A DNA stretch of 47,921 nt from Patescibacteria group bacterium (lineage in GTDB: Bacteria > Patescibacteriota > Patescibacteriia > UBA10025 > JAHIVO01). Below, in pieces: positions 44,022 to 47,921 of the stretch. The position numbers were made by a program, and so were the translations under genes. The stretch's first letter is position 1, and each line of letters begins with the position of its first letter. The notes under the pieces were generated by a model. It worked only from the letters and a program-made list of their open reading frames with translations, searched no databases and was not told the DNA's origin. The stretch lies in the NCBI GenBank assembly GCA_028718605.1, contig JAQULM010000001.1, positions 603,201 through 651,121 of the forward strand. Reading direction: 5' to 3'.

Positions 44022-44251
44022 GGCATGTTCATTAAAAAATGACTCTTTTTCTTATTAATTTTCGCCCTCAATAAAAAAGGCAGCTGGAATCCTACCCATA
44101 TCGGTGATGGCCGGCGACCTGCAGTCACGACAAGCATGGGGGTTGCTCTCTACGGATGGTCGGGGTGCTAACCCACCTTAACCACTCCTGGGAGCAATCT
44201 TCTTGACTGCAGATCGCCTATCATACACAGTGTATTCGTCAGCTGGTCTTT

Positions 44252-44279
44252 TTTACATATATCAGCAAATAGTTATACT
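44252..44279 (+). promoter_or_regulatory. Sigma70-like promoter candidate for the 44318 gene
   Basis: TTTACA, a 16-nt spacer, then TATACT, about 40 nt upstream of the AGGAGG RBS and GTG 44318. Confidence 0.35.
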
Positions 44280-44317
44280 GAGAGGAAACTACATACATCC
44301 ACGAAAGGAGGCACTCC

Positions 44318-44608
44318 GTGGATACTTCATTCCTTGCCCAGTATTTACTCTACCAGACACACCTCTCGACGATGTGCTTGGTGGGATGCGCCGGCGTCAT
44401 CTTGTTCCTTCTCAAGGTGGCGTTTCCGAGCGAAGACCCTCGAGGAAAAATGAGTGTCCTGCTCGGTGCGATCGCATTGATTCTCGTACTGGTATTTGCC
44501 TTTAACATCGGCTGGTTCGCCCGCGACAAATCGTGGGGGTGCGAGCAGGTCCAGCAGGACCGCCAGACCGAAGTCCAACGGCTCAACAATGAGCTCAAAG
44601 GCAAATAA
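44318..44608 (+). CDS. Small membrane protein, function unknown
   Basis: The GTG start lies 7 nt after AGGAGG. It has two TM helices (MCLVGCAGVILFLLKVAF; VLLGAIALILVLVFAFNIGWF). Confidence 0.55.
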   Translation: MDTSFLAQYLLYQTHLSTMCLVGCAGVILFLLKVAFPSEDPRGKMSVLLGAIALILVLVFAFNIGWFARDKSWGCEQVQQDRQTEVQRLNNELKGK

Positions 44609-44712
44609 CCAAAAACAAACAGGAGTACATTGGAATGACTTCCTCAATTCGCTAACGCGCCCGGAACACTAATAGGATTGGTGGACCGGGTTTTTCATTT
44701 CTAGCAATTCTG

Positions 44713-46527
44713 CTACTGCGTCGCTTCTGGCGACAGTTTTTCGACGCCGACAAGGCACACTGCCTGCCACGGCACGTAGTGGCTCGTGAATGTGTCTGTT
44801 TTTTTCGTACCATCCGCGGCACTGACCGTCCGCGTAAATTCAGCATCCGCACCGGCGTGCGCCGATTCGGTGCATTTCGTCACTCCCGGCTTCTGGTCGA
44901 GTGTTTCAATGTACTTCGTCGGTCCCGGCTGTACCTGGTTATAAATCCGCGGTGCAGTCTGCTCTACGATCCTTCCGTCGCTCGTCCCATAGAACCGAAA
45001 GTACAGGTCATCGCCCGACAACTCGGTTGTAAATAAAACATAGTGTTCGGTATCATTTACAAACCGTAAATCGGGTTTTGGATCGTAAATGGTTGCGTCC
45101 GTGCCCGCAGGCTCATAGTATGACACGCGGTACGAATGGCTTTTCCGCTCGAGAATCGGGAACCCAGCGTCAAGCGCCACGCGGAATGCCGTCGTGCCGA
45201 TCTGGCACAACCCGCCCCCGTACTCGGGAATCGTTTTATTGCCCTTGATAACCAACTCGGGCAAATACCCCGTTGACGCTTCGATTTTCCCGAGCGCTTT
45301 CACGAGTGAAAATTCCTCTCCCGGCTTTATGAGGAGGCCGTTCAAGGAATCTGAGCCGACTTTGATGTTGTGCCGGCGATTCTGGGGGCTGCGGGCGAAA
45401 TTCGAATGCCCCTCACCGATGAGCTCCTGGATGCCAAGGTTATTCACATTATCAGTGGTAATAGTCGGCTCGGTTTCGGCAACAATTAAGTCAATCTCCT
45501 GAATGCCGACTTGGCGGATTTTTTCATTTATCATGCGCACCGACTCCTGGATATCCAGTTCGCGGCCCGTCTGGGAGGGCTGAAACTCCGTCACGCGCCC
45601 ATTATCCATCGTAAACTTCGCCTCACGCACCTCAACATTAATCTCTTTCCCAATTTCCTCAAGGCGCGCTTGCAGCTGTTGCGGCGCGAGCCCGACGGTT
45701 GTTTGGCCGTCAACTCGTGCGAAGGTGAGCCACGAACGTACCTGTTCCTGCGTCAACTCCCAGGACCGGTCGCCGGATACTAAAATAAAGGGAGTTGATT
45801 TCAGCACTTGGTGCGCCAGGTCAAGGGCTTCGGACGCGCCCGCTGCTGTAATTTCAGGAATGTCCGGCTCAAGTTCAACTTCGATCGTTTGCGCCGCGAA
45901 GCTGTTCAGGTGCCGTTGAACGGTTTTGGCAATCCCGTCGTAATCGAACGTTCGGCCCGCTGTTTCTGCTGCCACTGACATTACGTCGCCGTCTCCAATG
46001 ACGAGCTGCGCATCCTTCGCTGGCTCCTCGTACGATGACAGCTTTAAACGGAGCGCTTCGATGAGCGCTTCGCGATCAATTGACACAACAGGAACGACAT
46101 TCCATCCCCGTATCCAATAAAATATATGCTCTGCTTCACTCTGCGCGCGCGTTGCTGCCTTAACACGCGCAATAGTCGCATCAATATCATATGAAAAGAT
46201 CCGCCGTGCAAGCTCAGGGTTTGTGGGATCGCTGATCGTTGAAAAAATTACAAATGCGTCATCCCCATACCGGAACGTAAGTCCTCGGTCTGCCAGCTCA
46301 TTCATGGACTCCTGGAGCTGGGCGCGTGCGGCTGCATACGTTTTCCCTCCGAGATCAAGCTGCCCAACGTGGATTCCGGGGAACAGAGAGTCACGGTATG
46401 CGCCGCAGAAAATAAAAACAAACGCAATCAGCGCGGCTGCAGTTGTTACAAGGCAAAAAAGAGTGATGAGAGTGCCCCGGAATTCCGGTGCAGGCGCAGC
46501 GTTTTGCTTTTTTTTATTCATTGCCAA
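44713..46527 (-). CDS. VanW-family protein with N-terminal anchor
   Basis: The TM anchor is LITLFCLVTTAAALIAFVFIF. The VanW core is GEEFSLVKALG...GYLPELVI...EYGGGLCQIGTTAFRVALDAGFPILERKSHSYRVSYY. Confidence 0.8.
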   Translation of the reverse strand: MAMNKKKQNAAPAPEFRGTLITLFCLVTTAAALIAFVFIFCGAYRDSLFPGIHVGQLDLGGKTYAAARAQLQESMNELADRGLTFRYGDDAFVIFSTISDPTNPELARRIFSYDIDATIARVKAATRAQSEAEHIFYWIRGWNVVPVVSIDREALIEALRLKLSSYEEPAKDAQLVIGDGDVMSVAAETAGRTFDYDGIAKTVQRHLNSFAAQTIEVELEPDIPEITAAGASEALDLAHQVLKSTPFILVSGDRSWELTQEQVRSWLTFARVDGQTTVGLAPQQLQARLEEIGKEINVEVREAKFTMDNGRVTEFQPSQTGRELDIQESVRMINEKIRQVGIQEIDLIVAETEPTITTDNVNNLGIQELIGEGHSNFARSPQNRRHNIKVGSDSLNGLLIKPGEEFSLVKALGKIEASTGYLPELVIKGNKTIPEYGGGLCQIGTTAFRVALDAGFPILERKSHSYRVSYYEPAGTDATIYDPKPDLRFVNDTEHYVLFTTELSGDDLYFRFYGTSDGRIVEQTAPRIYNQVQPGPTKYIETLDQKPGVTKCTESAHAGADAEFTRTVSAADGTKKTDTFTSHYVPWQAVCLVGVEKLSPEATQ

Positions 46528-46539
46528 TGCATTAAGAGG

Positions 46540-46923
46540 CTACCACGGCTGGATCAAATACGCCAGCACCGGAAGAAATAACACTGATAGTAAAAAAAGT
46601 AGCGTTAGCTTCAAGCGTGACTCATGCCGGGCCATGGCAGCGCGCCTGAGCTTCACAACATCGTAACAGAGCTGCACTGTCGTAACAACGAGCAGGGCGA
46701 CACCGACCAAGAAAAGACCAATTGTCCCGGCAATAATACCGCTCATGACCTGGTCGGAAAGTCTCATCTGCGGGCTCAGTGCGAACGCGGCGACGAAAGC
46801 AATTGGCACGGCCGCGAGGACGATAAAGGGCCAAAAAAAGAGTCCTGGCGGCGGTAAGAGCAGCCGAATTTCCTGCGCCGGAAGGCTTGGCGCCGGCTTG
46901 TTGGACGCGAGAAGTTTTGGCAT
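46540..46923 (-). CDS. Membrane protein, function unknown (3 TM helices)
   Basis: Hydrophobic helices are GLFFWPFIVLAAVPIAFVAAFAL, IIAGTIGLFLVGVALLVVTTV and LTLLFLLSVLFLPVLAYL. Confidence 0.5.
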   Translation of the reverse strand: MPKLLASNKPAPSLPAQEIRLLLPPPGLFFWPFIVLAAVPIAFVAAFALSPQMRLSDQVMSGIIAGTIGLFLVGVALLVVTTVQLCYDVVKLRRAAMARHESRLKLTLLFLLSVLFLPVLAYLIQPW

Positions 46924-46926
46924 ACG

Positions 46927-47160
46927 CTACCCTTGGAGCAGTGTATTGATAATATCACGCTTGAGTTGCTCGCGTTCAGCCTCTTCCGAATGCGCATTCG
47001 ATACGCGGAGGTGCATCACCATTCCTTCCCTGACGTCGTTCGGGAGCTTTTTAATAGGCCAGCGGAGCACCTGAGTATCGTCAACTTGAAGCACTGCATT
47101 CGTATTTTCAAATCCGATAATCGTTGCCACCCGCTGAAATTCTTGGTCGTTCGATGGCAT
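46927..47160 (-). CDS. Small DUF3006-like protein
   Basis: MPSNDQEFQRVATIIGFENTNAVLQVDDTQVLRWPIKKLPNDVREGMVMHL resembles the DUF3006 pattern. The start was moved to ATG 47160, because the longer ORF-track version overlaps the Hsp20 gene. Confidence 0.45.
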   Translation of the reverse strand: MPSNDQEFQRVATIIGFENTNAVLQVDDTQVLRWPIKKLPNDVREGMVMHLRVSNAHSEEAEREQLKRDIINTLLQG

Positions 47161-47165
47161 GGCGG

Positions 47166-47672
47166 CTATTCCTCCTTCACCTTGACAACAGTTACCTTGC
47201 TTACTTTCGTTGCTTTCGGCAACACGATGTTGAGAATGCCGTTCTTCATTGTCGCCCGTATCCGATCTACTTTCACTTCGCACGGCAAGATGATTGAACG
47301 GGAAAAGCCGCCCCAATAACATTCCCGATAAAAATAGTCATCCTCTGCCACTACTTCCTCGTGGGTTCGCTTGCCGCGGATAGTTATCATGTCATTGTTG
47401 ATTGAGATGTCGATATCCTCCGGCTTTACTCCGGCGATTGTGGATTTGATGACAATATCATCTCCAGACTGGTACACGTCAACAGCAAGCTGGCCAGCAT
47501 AGTCCTCGCCCGCGAGCCAGTCGCCTTCTTTCGCGTTCGGCTCCTCTGAATTGCGGGGTGGGGTTGAGCTAACGCTCGTTTTCGTTGCGTTGTTGAGGAA
47601 ATTGTATTCGTACGCTCCGGTGTTTCCCTTTGGTTTTGTCATGGCGTCATTCATAGTAAACAAAGGATTCAA
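47166..47672 (-). CDS. Hsp20/alpha-crystallin small heat-shock protein
   Basis: The alpha-crystallin domain is LAVDVYQSGDDIVIKSTIAGVKPEDIDISINNDMITIRGKR...FSRSIILPCEVKVDRIRATMKNGILNIVLPK. Confidence 0.85.
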   Translation of the reverse strand: MNPLFTMNDAMTKPKGNTGAYEYNFLNNATKTSVSSTPPRNSEEPNAKEGDWLAGEDYAGQLAVDVYQSGDDIVIKSTIAGVKPEDIDISINNDMITIRGKRTHEEVVAEDDYFYRECYWGGFSRSIILPCEVKVDRIRATMKNGILNIVLPKATKVSKVTVVKVKEE

Positions 47673-47849
47673 ATATACCTACAGTATAATACAAGCGGCG
47701 GTGCCGCGCAACGCGCCCTCTGCGATCATTGACAGGATGCACCCGCTCCGTTATCATACTGTATTGTCTGCGGCGCCCATCGCTCAGGAGGCCTCGGACT
47801 CCACCCTTTCATGCCTGCGTCCGCATTTTGGCAAACGACAATTCCATAT

Positions 47850-47921
47850 GGCCCTATCGTCTAATGGTTAGGACATTGGCTTTTCAAGCCAACAATCGGG
47901 GTTCGATTCCCCGTGGGGCTA
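47850..47921 (+). tRNA. tRNA-Glu (anticodon TTC)
   Basis: Acceptor GGCCCTA/TGGGGCT (two G-U pairs), D arm GTCT-AATGGTTA-GGAC, anticodon arm TTGGC-TTTTCAA-GCCAA, T arm CGGGG-TTCGATT-CCCCG. It ends with the discriminator A at the window edge. Confidence 0.85.

Noticed and set aside
44137-44165. GGGGTTGCTCTCTACGGATGGTCGGGG resembling a tmRNA 5' end (GGGG...ACGGATTCGAC)
   Set aside because: No complementary acceptor 3' strand, T-arm (GGTTCGA..CC) or CCA end occurs within 300-450 nt downstream. No tag-like reading frame ending in a hydrophobic tail plus stop was evident.
46755-46790. GGAAAGUC string resembling the RNase P P4 motif
   Set aside because: It lies inside a plausible membrane-protein ORF on the opposite strand. 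It lacks any matching ACAGAA..CCGGCUU partner at the right distance.
1-47921. CRISPR arrays, rRNA genes, IS elements with terminal inverted repeats
   Set aside because: I saw no regularly spaced short direct repeats, no rRNA-like conserved blocks, and no transposase genes. The only recombinase is the serine integrase of the island.

Overview
The backbone is GC-rich and looks like a small-genome, monoderm-type bacterium. A CPR/Patescibacteria-like origin is my inference from gene content, not a demonstrated fact. A visibly AT-rich integrated element of about 11.5 kb interrupts it.

Layout:
(1) 1-8200: a type IV pilus locus. The minus strand carries one tightly overlapping operon: sensor kinase, receiver-only response regulator, PilB, PilC, a pilin, and a giant pilin-like protein with 975-nt tandem modules that runs off the left edge. 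PilT is transcribed divergently.
(2) 8300-9013: tRNA-Arg(TCG), tRNA-Val(TAC), a small membrane protein, and tRNA-Ala(TGC).
(3) 9014 to about 20497: the AT-rich island, directly abutting the 3' end of tRNA-Ala. It encodes a large serine recombinase whose reading frame runs into the tRNA, and an excisionase-type HTH protein. It also has a four-gene same-strand block: an EcoEI-like HsdR, a fused HsdM-HsdS, a ParB-like protein with an unknown C-terminus, and a Dam-like D12 methyltransferase. Downstream are a strongly structured GC-rich RNA candidate, four tiny membrane ORFs, a small-terminase-like HTH protein and two small overlapping ORFs.
(4) 20494-36613: a cell-envelope region. It holds a receiver-only regulator, a PGRP-type amidase and a SpoIID-like protein that share repeated wall-binding-like modules, secreted repeat proteins, two Wzy/O-antigen-ligase-like proteins, a GT39-like and a GT4 glycosyltransferase, and a Wzx-like flippase.
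(5) 36700-47921: a 5x43-aa repeat protein, a Myb/SANT-like protein, a TonB-C-domain protein and queA. Next is a roughly 900-bp ORF-poor structured gap. Then come a sortase-like protein with Ser in place of the catalytic Cys, ruvB, a NIF3-like protein, a candidate sRNA region, VanW, Hsp20 and tRNA-Glu(TTC).

The most interesting candidates are the ParB-like/Dam pair translationally coupled to an unusual type I R-M, and the structured RNA next to it. The satellite-like make-up of the island is the third. No CRISPR array, rRNA or reverse transcriptase was seen.
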